Part shown: positions 39,533-53,878 of the stretch, in pieces
How the letters are laid out: each line of letters opens with the position of its first letter
Position numbering within the stretch: position 1 is the stretch's first letter
Assembly (NCBI RefSeq): GCF_009914755.1
Contig: NC_060926.1
Strand: one strand, 5' to 3'
Origin: the human T2T-CHM13v2.0 reference genome, Homo sapiens
DNA: 64,000 nucleotides
Translations under genes and position numbers: made by a program
Notes under the pieces: generated by a model
What the model was told of the DNA's origin: nothing
Databases searched by the model: none
The model's input: only the letters and a program-made list of their open reading frames with translations

Positions 39533-40053
39533 TGATATGGTTTGGCTGTGTCCCCACCCAAATCTCATCTTGAATTGTAGCTTCCATAATTTCCACATGT
39601 TGTGGGAGGGACCCAGTGGGAGGTAATTGAATCATGGGGGCAGATTTTTCCCATGTTCTTGTGTTAGTGAATAAGTCTCATGAGAGCTGATGGTTTTATA
39701 AAGAGCAGTGCCCCTGCACACCCTCTCTTGCCTACCACCACATAAGATGTGCCTTTGCTCCTCCTTCACGTTCTGCTGTGATTGGTCCGCACCCAAATGT
39801 CATCTTGAATTGTAGCTCCCATAATCCTCATGTGTTGTGGGAGGGACCTGGTGGGAGGTAATTGAATCATGGGGGCAGATTTTTCCCATTTTCTTGTGAT
39901 AGTGAATAAGTCTCATGAGAGCTGAGGGTTTTATAAAAGGCAGTTCCCTTGCACAAGCTTTCTTGCCTACCATCATGTAAGATATGCCTTTTTCATTATA
40001 AGTTACCCAGTCTTGGATATTTCTTCACAGTGGTATGAAAATGGACTAATACA
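39533..40053 (+). mobile_element. THE1 (C/D-like) LTR with ~235-bp internal repeat
   Basis: TGATATGGTTTGGCTGTGTCCCCACCCAAAT...GGACTAATACA; TSD TATGG/CATGG. Confidence 0.85.
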
Positions 40054-41459
40054 CATGGGCTAAACTCATGAGCAGGCAACTTTATAGAAAAACACAAATA
40101 GCCCATAAACACAAAATGTAGATTGAGTTCATTATTAATTAGGGTAATGCATGTTATGGATAGAATAAAATACCTTTTTACATTCACTGGATTGGCACAA
40201 AGTTTTGTCTTTGTGCCACTCTAAATGTTGACAGGGATGTTGATCAACTGGAATTCACACACTGCTTGAGGAAGCTTGCATTCACTCTATAATTCAGCAT
40301 TCTGAAAAGTGCTCACCAATAATCAGCCCAGGAAGGTTCACAAGGACATCTTCACCAAATATGTCCTTTCACCCTAGCAAAGAACTAGAAACAACTCAAG
40401 TGTCTTTTGACAAGAGAATGAGTAAATGGCAAGTGGTATGTCACGCAAAAGAATTCTAGACAGAAGAGAAAATTAAGGAACATCAAACTTAGTGAATCTT
40501 TGAGACGATGTTGAGTAGGAAAAAAAATTCAGAAGAATATATTGTATGATACTTTTATCATAAGGTTTAAAAGCAAGCCAAGGTAAACATGTGCAGGGAC
40601 ACCTAGGGACCCATGTCATTTTAGGATCAAACAGATAGATGGACAGATGATAGATAGACAGACAGATGGATTTTTTTAACTCAAAATAGTGGTTACATCC
40701 TTAGGGAGCTGGGATTGGAGAAGAGACACTTAGCTTTGAAAGTATTGTCAAATATAGTGACCTTTCTAGTTCATTTGGGTGCTGGGTTCAGGGGTATTCA
40801 TTTTATTATGCACCATAATTTATGTGAGACATTTTATTATATCAAATATTTTCTAATCTTACAGTAAGCAGTTTGGTAAACAGATTCATAACTGCATATA
40901 ATGTGTAGGTCTTGTGAACAATGCTGCTGTGAATATCAGGACCCAACTGCACTTGTCTCTCACTGCCTTTTGTAAGCCTGCTCAATTGGGGAGTTCTTCC
41001 CCTTATACTGGAGATGAGAACTCAGGTAATGCCTCGACTGTTCGGATCACTGTCAGGGGATTACATGTTCTACCGTGCTGACTTTTCACTGAAAGCCCAG
41101 TCTCCACTCAATAAGTAAAAGTGTAATAATCGAAACTCCCAACTTGAGTTCCACTTAAAATCTTCTCTCTTCCCCTGCCAGACCTCTCTGCACCATCTAG
41201 GGGAGCATAGTCCCCTCTGTCCCTGCCTGACAGGGCTCTCCTCCTCAGCAGCACAGGGAGGTGTCTGACCCATCTGTGTGTGTGTGTCTATGTGGTGGGG
41301 ATGGGGACCATAGCTTGGCATCCTGCCCTCTCACCCTGGCAGTTCATTGTCTCAAGCTGACTTTCTTGGGTGTTTTCATGGCTTCTTCTGAGGCCTCCCT
41401 CTGGAATATTGGATCATACCTCCAGCAATGCAAGCAATAGGTTTTCCTCCAGCTTCTGG

Positions 41460-41483
41460 TCCTCCTCCTCCTCCTCCTCCTCC
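41460..41483. repeat. (TCC)8 trinucleotide run
   Basis: Visible. Confidence 0.9.
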
Positions 41484-41906
41484 CCAAACCTGGTTTCTAG
41501 CAGTCACTCCACTGAGACTCAGAGTCTTCTTGGCCCAGTGCCAGCCTCTTGCATGTCCCAAACCTTGTCCTCAGGAAACACTTATGCATCCTATGCTGGG
41601 GTGAACTCTTAAGAGTGCAGGATCACCTCATGGCCACAGCCTAGCTAGGCCCTGAAACCCACACTCTGGGTTTGTCAGACGTGAGTCAGCCCCAGGCCAC
41701 TGAACCTCTCCCACTGCAGGGAATCCCTGTCAAGTGGTGAAAGCCAGCATCTAGACCTGGAGTCACAGGCACCTGTAGCATAACTCCTCCTGAAATGGAG
41801 GTTTTTCTTTAGAGATTGGTCCATATCCCTTATCCCTGGACTTCTGAGAAGGGTGGACAACCTGTGGACTGGACTTGAGTCTGGAATTTAGAGAAGTGTC
41901 CATAGT

Positions 41907-42060
41907 AGGGCTGCCAGATGAGGCAAACACAAATACAGGATGCCCAATTAAATTTGAATTTCAGATAAATGATTTTTAATGTTTGATTCTGTCCCATGCT
42001 AAAAATTGCCCACTGTTTATGATAAGTTTAAATTTATTGGTCCATTCTGTACTTTATCAA
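41907..42060. mobile_element. MER53-like palindromic hAT MITE
   Basis: AGGGCTGCCAGAT...ATACAGGATGCCCAATTAAATTTGAATTTCAGATAAA with a degenerate inverted second arm. Confidence 0.7.
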
Positions 42061-43054
42061 GGACACACGCAGGAGGAACAGTAGCACAAAGGCTTCCCGG
42101 TGCCTTGTGGGTGAAAGAAAGGCTTCCAGGGAAAGGAGAGAAACACCCAGGGATCCCGGTGACGTCGGGAAGCAGCACCCAGACCATGTAAGGACACCGC
42201 CTGCAGGGGGAGACTCAAGGCCTGGGAAGGTTTTCTAATCTGTGCCTTGAGTCGGGTGGGGGGATTTTCTGGGAAAGGAAAACCAGACACAGTAGGACAA
42301 ATATTGTATAGTTTCACTTATATGAAATTGTCAGAATAGGCAAGTTCGTAGAGACAGAATGTAGAACAGGGCTTTCCGGGGGCTGGAGGAGAAGACAAGG
42401 AGTTCTTGCCTAGTGGGTACAGAGTTTCTGTTTGAAATGATGAAAAACTTCTGGAAATAGATTGTGGTGACAGTTACACACCATTGTGAACATAATTAGT
42501 ACCACTGAACTGTACACGTTAAAATGGTTAGTTGTATGTTATATGTATTTTGCCATAATAAAAACTAGGGGGAAAAAAAGGAAGGGGAGATTGTCTCAGG
42601 CTGGCTGACTTTCCCTGCATGTACGCACATCTTCACATGTGCACACATGTAAAACAAAAATGAAGCAAAAAAAGAAATTCTAATTTAACCAGTAAGCAAT
42701 ATGTAAAAGGAAATCTGAATGTCATTACAATTTTACCAGGTTCAGAATAAAATACCATCCTTCAAAATGAACAAATTACTTATTAGCCGAAGAAAGGTGA
42801 AAGGAAGTTTGGAATTAACAGTCTAGATTTTCTCACTGATTGGTCCAAGTCACTGACCTCTAAAATTATCTTGGATCATGCCCTCCCTCCTTCCTACTTT
42901 CTGGAAAACAATCAGTCTCCTACCCTATGCTTGCCCAAAGAGTTTCCCATACAAATCACAAATCTGCACTTGCCATTCCCTGGAAGCCCTTACATTCCCA
43001 AGGCCTGGCCTCATCCACTGCCACTGCCCATGGCCCCAGTCCAGGCAAAGCAAT

Positions 43055-43237
43055 CACTCCCTCTCCCTCTCTGTCATTCCTTTCTTTTCCTTTCACTCTC
43101 TTTCTACCCTCCTCTTCCCCACTCTCTGTTTCCTCTCTCTCTCTCTATCTCTCTCTCCCCACCATCTCCTCTCTCTGTCTCCCCCCGCCTTCTCTCTCTG
43201 TCTCTGTCTCTCTGTTTCTCTGTGTCTCTCTCTCTGT

Positions 43238-43299
<62 letters not shown>

Positions 43300-43307
43300 C
43301 ACACACA
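43055..43307. repeat. CT-rich low-complexity tract followed by (CA)n
   Basis: Visible polypyrimidine/(CT)n then (CA)~20. Confidence 0.95.
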
Positions 43308-44316
43308 GCCAGCAACATTCTACCTCTGCCAGAGTTCCAGGTTGAATAGGTGTGGACTTTGACTTTCAGATTCCTCTGGCAAGTGTCAACATCAGTCCTG
43401 TTGCTCCCTGGCAGAGGAGGACTTGGAGTCACCTTGGCCAAGAAGCTGTCTGGAGGTCACAGTGGCACCGCCCATCGGCCCCTTGGCTGAGGCTAGATGA
43501 GGGCAGATTCAGCACAGCAGCAACTCTCCCCATAAAAAAAATCCCTCAGTGTCTTAGTTCTCTGACCCTTGTACTCCTTGTGAGTTTTAGAGCCACATGA
43601 ACTCTTCTTTTTTCCCAATGCTTGGAGACAAAATTTACATAACCTACAGTTAGCCATTTTCAAGTGTACAGTTCCCTGCCATTTGGTACATTCACAGTGT
43701 TTTGCAAGCAACACCCATATCAAGCCCCAAAACATTTTCATTACCCAGGAAGGAAACCTGTCGTCATGGAACCGTCACTCCTCACATCCCCTTCCCCTCA
43801 AACCCTGGCAACCCCAAACCGTTCTTGACAGCCTCCTTTGGCATTTCTTCATTTTGGTGTCAGATCTCACAGCAGAATTTCTTACCTATTATATCCAGTG
43901 CCTCAGTGTGAAGTTCCAGTTTAACTTCCTGTTACCTCGAGCCCACTATCTTGCCCCAATAATACCCTCCCCCAATTCACAAACACAGACACATTCCCTC
44001 CTACAGCTTTGGGCCTCCTATCTGAGTCCTTCAGGAAAGAAGAGCTTGTAACTCCCTTAGCAGTGAGTGTAGACTTGGTCCAAGGAAGATGAGCACCAGT
44101 CAGGGCAGCTGGCCCCTCCTCTCTCCCTGGTCTTCAGCAAATCAGCACTGCCCATCGATGCCCAGGCAATGGGAGCGTCGACCAGCAGAGGACACACCTG
44201 AATTTCTCTGCCTCATGGGAGGGCGGCCACTGTGTTGCATTTAGGAAGAAGCTGTGCAAGATTCATACTGTTTTGCTAATGTTAATCTTGTGGGCATAAT
44301 AAACGTCGTACCCACA

Positions 44317-44372
44317 CTTAACTTTCGAGATCAGACAAGATTGGGTGTGTTCAGGGTGGTATGGCCGTAGAC
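44317..44372 (-). pseudogene. 5S rRNA retropseudogene, nt 1-56 only, no poly(A)
   Basis: Minus strand GTCTACGGCCATACCACCCTGAACACACCCAATCTTGTCTGATCTCGAAAGTTAAG: 50/56 to 5S rRNA, all transitions; TSD CCCACACTTA. Confidence 0.93.
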
Positions 44373-47192
44373 CCCACACTTATTTTTAACACACTTCTAG
44401 GCAAGGCTGCTGCACTGGTCTGGGGATCACACTTTGAGTAGCAAAGGACTAAATTGCAATAACTGCCAGGGGGGGAGAAAAAAAAACAGGATGAACTGCT
44501 TCCTCCTGGCTCAGCAGCTAGGGAGTCACTGAACTAACAAGGGGATGGGGTGGGGATAAGAATGTTCCAGGCAAAAGGAACAACATGCCCAAAGGCCTCA
44601 AGCAGAAAGAGAGCTTCAGGTATTGAAGAAGTAGAAGTAGCTCTGTGTGGCTGGGGAGTGGGCATAAGATGGAGCAGAAGAATGCCAAGTCCTATTCCTG
44701 GGTCTGAATTTCCAGGAGCAGAAGCCCTGTCCCCTCTAGAAGGTGGATATAGTCTGGATATTTGTCTTCTTCAAATCTCATGTTGAAATGTGACCCCCAG
44801 TGTTGGAGGTTGGACCTAGTAGGAGGTGTTTAGGTCATAAGAAGTGGATCCCTCCCGAATGGTTTGGTGCCCTCCTCATGACTGAGTTGTTACTCTATTA
44901 GTTCGTGTGAGAGCTGGTTGTTTAAAAAAGCCTGGCATCTCTCTGGTTCCCTCTCTTGCCATGTGACACAACTGCTCCCCCTTCACCCTTCCCCATGAGT
45001 AAAAGCTTCCTGAGGCCCTCACCAGAGGCATATGCCAGCCCTGTGATTCTTGTACAGCCTGAAAAACTGTGAGTCAAATAAACATCTTTTCATTATAAAT
45101 TACCTAGTCTCAGATATTTCTTTATAGCAACGCAAAATAGACTATCACAGAAAGTCGGTACCGAGGAGTAGGGCGTTGCTATAAAGATATCTGAAAATGT
45201 GGAAGTGGCTTTGGAACTGGGTATGAGGCAGCGGTTGGAAGAGTCTGGAGGGCCCAGAAGACAGAAAGATGAGAAAAGGTTTGGACCTTCTTAGAGATTT
45301 GTAATGTCGTTGTAACCAAAATGTGGACAGAAATATGTACAGTAAAGGCCAGCCTGATGAGGTCTCAGATGGAAATGAGGAAGTTATGGGGAACTGGAGC
45401 AAAGGTCACCCTTGTTAAGCCCTAGCAAAGAACTTGGCTGCATTGTATCTATGTCCTAGGGCTTTGTGGAAGGCTGAACTTAAGAGTAATGACTTAGGGT
45501 ATCTGGTAGAAGAAATGTCTAAGCAGCAAAGCATTCAAGAAATGGCCTGGCTGCTTCTAATAGCCTATGATCAGATATTGGAGCAAAGGACTGACTTAAA
45601 TTTGGAACTATTAAATCAAACTAAAATCTGGCCTGAGAAAGCCTCCTCACTCCCATACTTGAGTCCTTAAGGATGAACCATAACCTAACTTTGTAGGTAG
45701 GCCAACTGAAAACCTAACTTAGAAGGATGCTTCTGTAGCAATAGCTGAGCGTCAGCCAATCGCAGCAGCCATGCTTCAGTGACTCACAGGCAGCCTATTG
45801 TTCAAACCATGTTCAAATAAGGCAAACACCATGCTGTAACCAATTTGGCTATTTCTGTACCTCACTTCGGCTTTCTGCGTGTCACTTTACTTTTTCTATT
45901 CATAAGGTTTTTTCGACCACATAGCATCTCTGGTGTTGCTCTGAATCTGCTGTGATTCTAGGGACTGCCTGATTTGTGAATTGTCTTTTTTTTTTTCTTC
46001 AAAATTAAATTCTGTTAAATTTAGTTTGTCTAAGGTTTTTCTTTTACCAGATCTGGTGTTGGAAGTGCAATTTGAAGTAAAACTCTGGTGACCTCCAGGA
46101 ACACCAGGTGACCAGGCCAGTTGTGCTCACTGATCTCTTGATTGTAACTGGAGGTTGTAGATGCGTTTTCTCTTGGATTCAGAGCTCCACTAATGTGTAT
46201 TCTAATTGAAGCTCTCCAACTTTACTGGAGCGATATTAAAGTGGACTGGGTTCAGGATCAAATTTGAATCAATAATTAACTGGATTAGGTTCCGTTAGAG
46301 CCTCAGACCTATACTAGGCACTTTTTTTTTTTTTTTTTTTTTTTTTGATAATGGGTTTGTCTCAATCCAAAGATTCTGGGACTCTACCTTCTGGGACTCC
46401 ATCTAATTTGATATGTAAAATTATGGATCCAGAATATGTGCATTTTTAGAAAAATAGATTAACCTTACTAGAGAAAAGATGGCCACAATGGGGAAGTTTT
46501 AATTTGTATAAAATTGTTTATTTGCAAGGCATATTAGAAAAAGGGGGTCAAAACCCCACAAAAACAGTGGGATATAGTCTTTCATTGGTACATGGAAGCC
46601 TCTAAAAGACAAAATGAATGAAAACTTGCCTCCTTAAAAGATTCTTTGCAAAAGCAAGTGAACAGCTTAAGTAACAGGCTAAGGACATGATGAAAGAGAA
46701 CTGTACTCTGACTGAACTAACCCCAACTGATTCTTCTCTTTATGCATCTCTACCTACGTACTCTGAGTCTACTAACCTTTTTACTAAATTGACCTTTCAC
46801 TCTCAAGATGATGAAAAAAGAGGAATTAGATGTACGCCTCACAAAGGAAGACCTTCTGATTATCCAGGCCTGCCTGCTATAACCACTTTCACTCCATGGT
46901 CTAAAACTGAGCTTAGAGCTATTGTAGAAGACTTCCCTGATCTAGGAGAGAATCCTCAAAAATTGACTGAGGAGTGTAGAATCCTCATAGGAGATTATGA
47001 TCCAGGACTCCCTGACAAAGGTTCATATAAATTTATTCATATGATATGGAGGCCTGGTGAAGCTCAAAAATGGATGGCAGCAGCAGAATGGAACAAACCG
47101 GAGGAAGATATTAAAGACTCTGCCCCTACTGCCCGCCCCCACAAAACTTCCTCATGAGAAGGCCCAACAGGAGCTAGAAATATTGCTGCAAA

Positions 47193-47416
47193 TCCCAGCC
47201 TGGGCAACATGGCAAAACCCTGTCTATACGAAAAATACAGAAAGTTAGCTGGGCATGATGGCACACGCCTGTAGACCCAGCTACTTATGAGGCTGAAGTG
47301 GGAGGATCACCTGAGCCTGGGAGCTTGAGGCTACTGTGAGCCATGACTGTGCCACTGCACTCTAGCCTGGGTAGCAGAGCGAGACCCCATCTCAAAAGAA
47401 AAGAAGGAAAAAAAAA
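47193..47416 (+). mobile_element. 5'-truncated Alu in ERV gag
   Basis: CAGCCTGGGCAACATGGCAAAACCC...A-rich tail; TSD-like ATTGCTG. Confidence 0.85.
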
Positions 47417-48370
47417 TTGCTGAAAATCTTTTAAATTCAAGTGCTAAAATTTTTCCGCAAAAGTTGATTGGTACATCATACAATATTGTAAACCAAAAAA
47501 AGAATGAACCAGTGTCAGATTACAGAACTTGCTTAGAAATAATGTGAAACATTCTGGGCTCAGAGTACCAGCAAGGAGTATTTCCTGCAGGGACTGAAAT
47601 GGTATTAACTACTCTATTTATAAAGGGACTTCATCCTGAACTTAGAAATTTAATTAGAAAACATAAACTCGGATGGGAAGTTACAGCCATGACTGAATTG
47701 GTGGCTCTAGCTGAACATTTTGAGAGGACTGTAGAGCAAGAAAAAACCCAAAAGGCTAACAAGCTTATGACTCTTCAATTACAACAGTTACAGGGGCCAA
47801 GACCAAAGGGATCTTCTCATTCTCATTTTAAATCACAACCAAGAGGTATTAGACCAAGAAATTCTTCACCCTAAGATGTCTGCCTTATTGCAAACAACCA
47901 GGACAGTGGAATAGGGATTGTGCCCTTTTATACCAGCCCACCAATGACCCTCCCTTTAGGCCAGCCTGTTTCACCACTAGAGGGAGCACAAGAGACCTTA
48001 GCTCTCCTGAAGATAATCAGCGTTGAAGCGGCTCTGAGGGATTTCCCAGTATATTGCTCCTCATAACACCCTTAAAAGAATATGGAGAAACAGAGGTTAC
48101 AGTAACTGGGGACTCATGTATAGTCTTGGTGGATACCAGAGCTACCTTATCTGCCACTACCATAAAACACACTTTCATAAGCCAACAGATCCCTCAGAGT
48201 TAAAAAGGCTATTTCTGTGGTTGGGGTTTCAAATCAAATTCAAGAGGTTCCCATATCTGAACCCGTCCAATTGACTTTGGGGCACTTTTCAGAAAATCAC
48301 ACTTTTTTACTGTATGATAGTGCTCCAGTAAATTTGCTAGAGGGAGATTTACTTTCAAAGCTGAAAGGGC

Positions 48371-48525
48371 ATAGAAGACTACCTATTGGGTACATTGTAC
48401 ACTGCTTGGGAAATGGGCACACTAAAATCTCAGAACTCACCAGTAAAGAACTTGTCCATGTAACCAAAAACCACCTGTACTCCCAAAACAATTGAAATTG
48501 TTTAAATTAAAAAATTTTTAAAAGT
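48371..48525 (+). mobile_element. Short L1 3' end (L1PB/L1MA-type) inserted in ERV pro/pol
   Basis: CTACCTATTGGGTAC...CACTAAAATCTCAGAACTCACC...CATGTAACCAAAAACCACCTGTAC plus A-rich tail. Confidence 0.7.
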
Positions 48526-50490
48526 GGGGAGGATGTAAAATTTTCCTTAGAAGGAGTAAGAATCAGTTTCCTGATTCTCCTGAACCAGAATTGTTATGCT
48601 CTCTATAGGCAGAAATTAATAAGATTGAAACTCAGGCCTGTAATGCCTGATCTTCCAAAAATACATGAATGTTTATGGGTCTCTTCCTCAACTGACACAG
48701 GAAGAATTTAAAGTGTGGAACTTATAAAAGTCCAAATAGACCACTCTAAACTTTTGCCTAAATTACCCAATATCCACTAAAACTAGAAGCAATTCAAGGG
48801 CTCTCGCCAATTATAGAAGATTTAATTAAACAGGGACTTATAATTCTATGCACCAGCCGTTGTAACACTCCAATCCTACTGGTTAAAAAAAAATGGATGA
48901 GGTTGAAGATTTATTCAAGATTTATGGGCAGTTAACAAAATTGTAGTAGCAAGGTTTCCTATAGTCCCAAATCCTAATACTTTATTATCCAGTATACATG
49001 CTGATTCTTAAGTGGTTCACAATATTAGATCTCTGCTCAGCCTCTTTTTGCAATCCAATTCGTAAAGAGAGTCAATGCTTATTTGCCTTCACTTGGAAAA
49101 ATCAGCAGTACCCCTAGACTGTGATGCCGCAAGGGTTTACCGAAGCCCCTTCGTATTTTTCCCAGGCCTTGCATCAGGACTTAATGACATTATAGTTTCC
49201 TTAAAATTCTACTCTCATTCGGTACATAGATGACTTACTATATGCTCTCCCACTAAAGAGTGCTCTGAAATGGACTCAGTTTACCTTTTACAGCAACTCA
49301 CACATCAAGGTCAGAAAGCTTCAATAGAAAAACTTCAGTTTTCAAGGGGAAAAAGTCCATTATTTGGGACATGACTTGAAGGGATTTCCCTCTCACCTAA
49401 AAAGTTAAAAACTATTCAAAATTTTCCTTGGCCTGCAACCAAAAGATAATTAAATAGTTTTCTTGGACTTGCAGGATATGTTTTTAGACTTGCAGAATAT
49501 AAAATTCCTGGGTTCTGAATTTTTCCTTAATAGCCTCACCATTTCATGAGCTCCCTAAAAAATGCTGTACCAGAGCCTTTATCTTGGGATGATAGTTACG
49601 AGCAGGCTTTTAGCTAAATAAAATTGACCTTATAACAGCCTCCAGCTTTAGGACTTCCAAATTGCACTAAACTGTTTACCTAATTGGCTCATGAAAGTAA
49701 TAATCAGGCATTTAGGAGTTCTTACCCAGGAACATGGGGAGAAACATAGGCCCATTGCATATTATAGCCTGCAATTAGACCCAGTAGCTAAGGTATATCC
49801 TAACTATTTAAAAGCAGTAGCAGCAGCAACCAGGATGAAAGAAGCTTCAGCTGATCTGGTTTTAGGAAATGAATTTAATTTGGAAGTCCCACATGCTAAA
49901 TTCCACCCAAACCCAGCATTTTTTAGTAAGTAGACTAACATGAAATACTCTGTCTCCTTCTAATCTCTCTCTAAAACACTGCAATTTACTTAACCATGCC
50001 ACTGTATTACTGCTGCCTGATGATGGTGAAGACCACAATTGCATAAGTGTAGCATCAGAAATAGTGGCCCCTCATGTTAATTTACAAGTTAGTCGTTTGG
50101 ACAATCCTGAGTTAATACTTTTGTTGATGGGTCCTATGCCAAAAGCTCAGAAGGAAAATATCAGCTAGGATATGCTGTTACCAAAATGAGTTAATAGAGA
50201 AGGGACCCCTTCCTCTATTAGTCAGCTCTATTAGTCTAAGCTCTATAAGTCAGCTTAACTCTTGAAGATTTTTGCCCTCACCCAAGCTTGTCGTATAGCT
50301 AAAGACAAATCAGTAAGTATTTAGACAGATAGTAGATACGCTTTAGGAGTAGTACATGATTTTGGCATGATAGGGAAACTCTAAGGGTTTCTCACTTCTA
50401 GTGGGATCACCATCAAAAATGGACTCCAGTTAGATAAACTCCTAGTTTGCTGTTATTGATCGAAGCTCATACCTGCAGAACTGAACCTGA

Positions 50491-51160
<670 letters not shown>

Positions 51161-52493
51161 CTGCTAGAATATTTTATAACCAATGTTGGCTTGTCAAACC
51201 CATAGTCCTGGAAAAACAAAAGATTCAGGTGGTGTATTGTATTTTCACCACCTAATGGATCATTTGAACAATTATAGATAGACTTCATTCAGTTGCCACC
51301 TTCAATGGGGGTCTCAGTATGTTCTTGTAATAGTTTCCATGTTTTCTGGTTGGGTAGAGGCCTTCCTGTGTAGGAAAGCTGATGCTGTGACAGTAGCTAA
51401 GAAATTATTAGAAAATGTGTTTCCTTTATGGAGCATCCCTGGAAAAATCCCCAGCAATAGGGGAATTCATTTTATTAGGCAGGTTATAAAGCAGTTAAAC
51501 AAGGTGTTATGGACACAATGGCACTACCATTGTCCCTATCGCCCTCAGTCTTCTGAAAAGGTTGAAAGAACAAATGGCATATTAAAACTGAAATTGGCAA
51601 AGTTAACTGAATCAGTTGGGTTGCCTTGGCCAAAGGTACTATCATTGGACTTAATGACAATCAGATCCACTCTCACTAAAAAACAGAAGTGGATCCCTTA
51701 TGAAATAGTCACTAGAAGGCCTATGCCCCAATAGTGAAACCTCATGCATCTTTCTGTCTCCTAAATTCTGATATGAGTAAGTACTGCAAGGCCATTATAC
51801 CAAAGTGTACTTTCACCAGATAAAGGAAGCTTTTCAAGATCCACCAACTGAGGATAATCAAACCTTCCACAGTCTAGAACCTGGAGATTGTGTCTTCTGG
51901 AAATGACATCAGAGAAAGGCTGCTCTTGACAACTCTTTGGAAGGGACCGTGCTGAGATCTTCTCAACACCTACACTGCAGTGAAGCTTCAGGGCCTTGAA
52001 ACTTGGGTCCACACCTCACAACTCAGAAGGGCCTCTTCAGACTCCTGGAACTGTACACCTGCTGGAGACTTTAAGGTAAAGCTGTCTAAGGAAATATCTC
52101 TCCAGAGCAGCGGGCATTCTAGCTGTGGACAGCTTTCCCAAGATCACAGATCAAGACTTCTGTATCATCATGAAAGCCTTACATTTTTTCTTTTCTCCGC
52201 ATTTCCTGTTGCCCTAATTCTTTCTTTTTCCCTACAGAAAAATCCATGGGACGATAATCAGTGGATGGCTTTAGCTTGAGCATATGCTCTAGCACAGAAC
52301 CAGAGTTTGTGGCTTATTGGGTTTGTTTTTATTGCCAAAAAAATAAGGAAACAATTCCGCTAATGCCAATGCCTCTCCATGTTGCCAATGAGAGTCACCC
52401 CAAAATTCCAAGGGAAGGATAGAAAGCTATCCTTGATATTCTGAACACCACTGCTACTTGTTTTCCTGCACTCACTAAAAGCAACACTTTAAC

Positions 52494-52797
52494 TTTTCCT
52501 TTTTTTTTTTTTTTCTGAGGCAGTCTCACTCTGTTGCCTAGGTTGGAGTGCAGTGGCCTTATCTTGGCTCACTACAGCCTCCACCTCCAAGGTTCAAGCA
52601 ATTCTCCTGCCTCAGCCACCCAAGTAGCTGGGACTCTAGGCATGCACCACCGCATCCAGCTGATTTTTGAATTTTTAGTAGAGACTAGATTTTGCTATGT
52701 TGGCCAGGCTGGTCTCGAACCTCCTTGCCTCAAGTGATCCACCAGCCTCGGTCTCCCAAAGTTCTGGGATTACAGGCGTGAGCCACCATGCCTGGCC
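52494..52797 (-). mobile_element. Alu in ERV env
   Basis: Full Alu with poly-T; TSD-like TTAACT. Confidence 0.9.
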
Positions 52798-53492
52798 TTA
52801 ACTGTTTCAGTTAATAACCTGATCAATACCAAAATATAGAAAACCAGTCCAAATGATGCCTGCAAAAGATATATTGTGCTTTCAGGCATCATGCACTCAA
52901 GATACGGGAATTACCTATGTGAGTACAAGTAATTGCTTGTATAATATCACCAGATTAAATTCAACAGGGTCTCTTTTTACTAAATGTGTTATACACCCTT
53001 ACAACATACTACAGGGCGAGCACAAAAAGGTCAATTTCCCAGTGGATTTTGTTCAGGAGCTGTGCAGGTTTATTAATGAACAAATCTAACTGACCCCTGC
53101 TCAAATGCAACTATGTGGCCCTGTTTTTCAACTCCCAAGGGCCTATACTGGGTCTGTGGATAATCTGCGCATTTCATTCTGCCTCCTCGTTGACTCAGAC
53201 CTTGCTGTTTGGTCTGGCTCACTTCTGCCTTTCAAATAGTTTCACCTAAAAATTCTCCTAACAGCTCTTATGATTGGAGGCCAAAATAGACAATAACTGA
53301 AATTAGCACTAGCTTTGAAATAGACAAAGATAAGCTAGTTTCCACTGAGGAAAGATTCCAGTGGGGTTCCTGGGGACTCACTCTTGGTGGTGGTGGGATA
53401 CTAGTTGTATGGAATCTGAAGCTAATCCATATTTGGGGTCTTGGATTTTATAGCCAATCAGACATCCCAATGTTCCAGACAGGTAGAAGCTA

Positions 53493-53878
<386 letters not shown>

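Noticed and set aside
42871-43441. Cluster of overlapping long ORFs
   Set aside because: Caused by stop-free CT/CA simple repeats.
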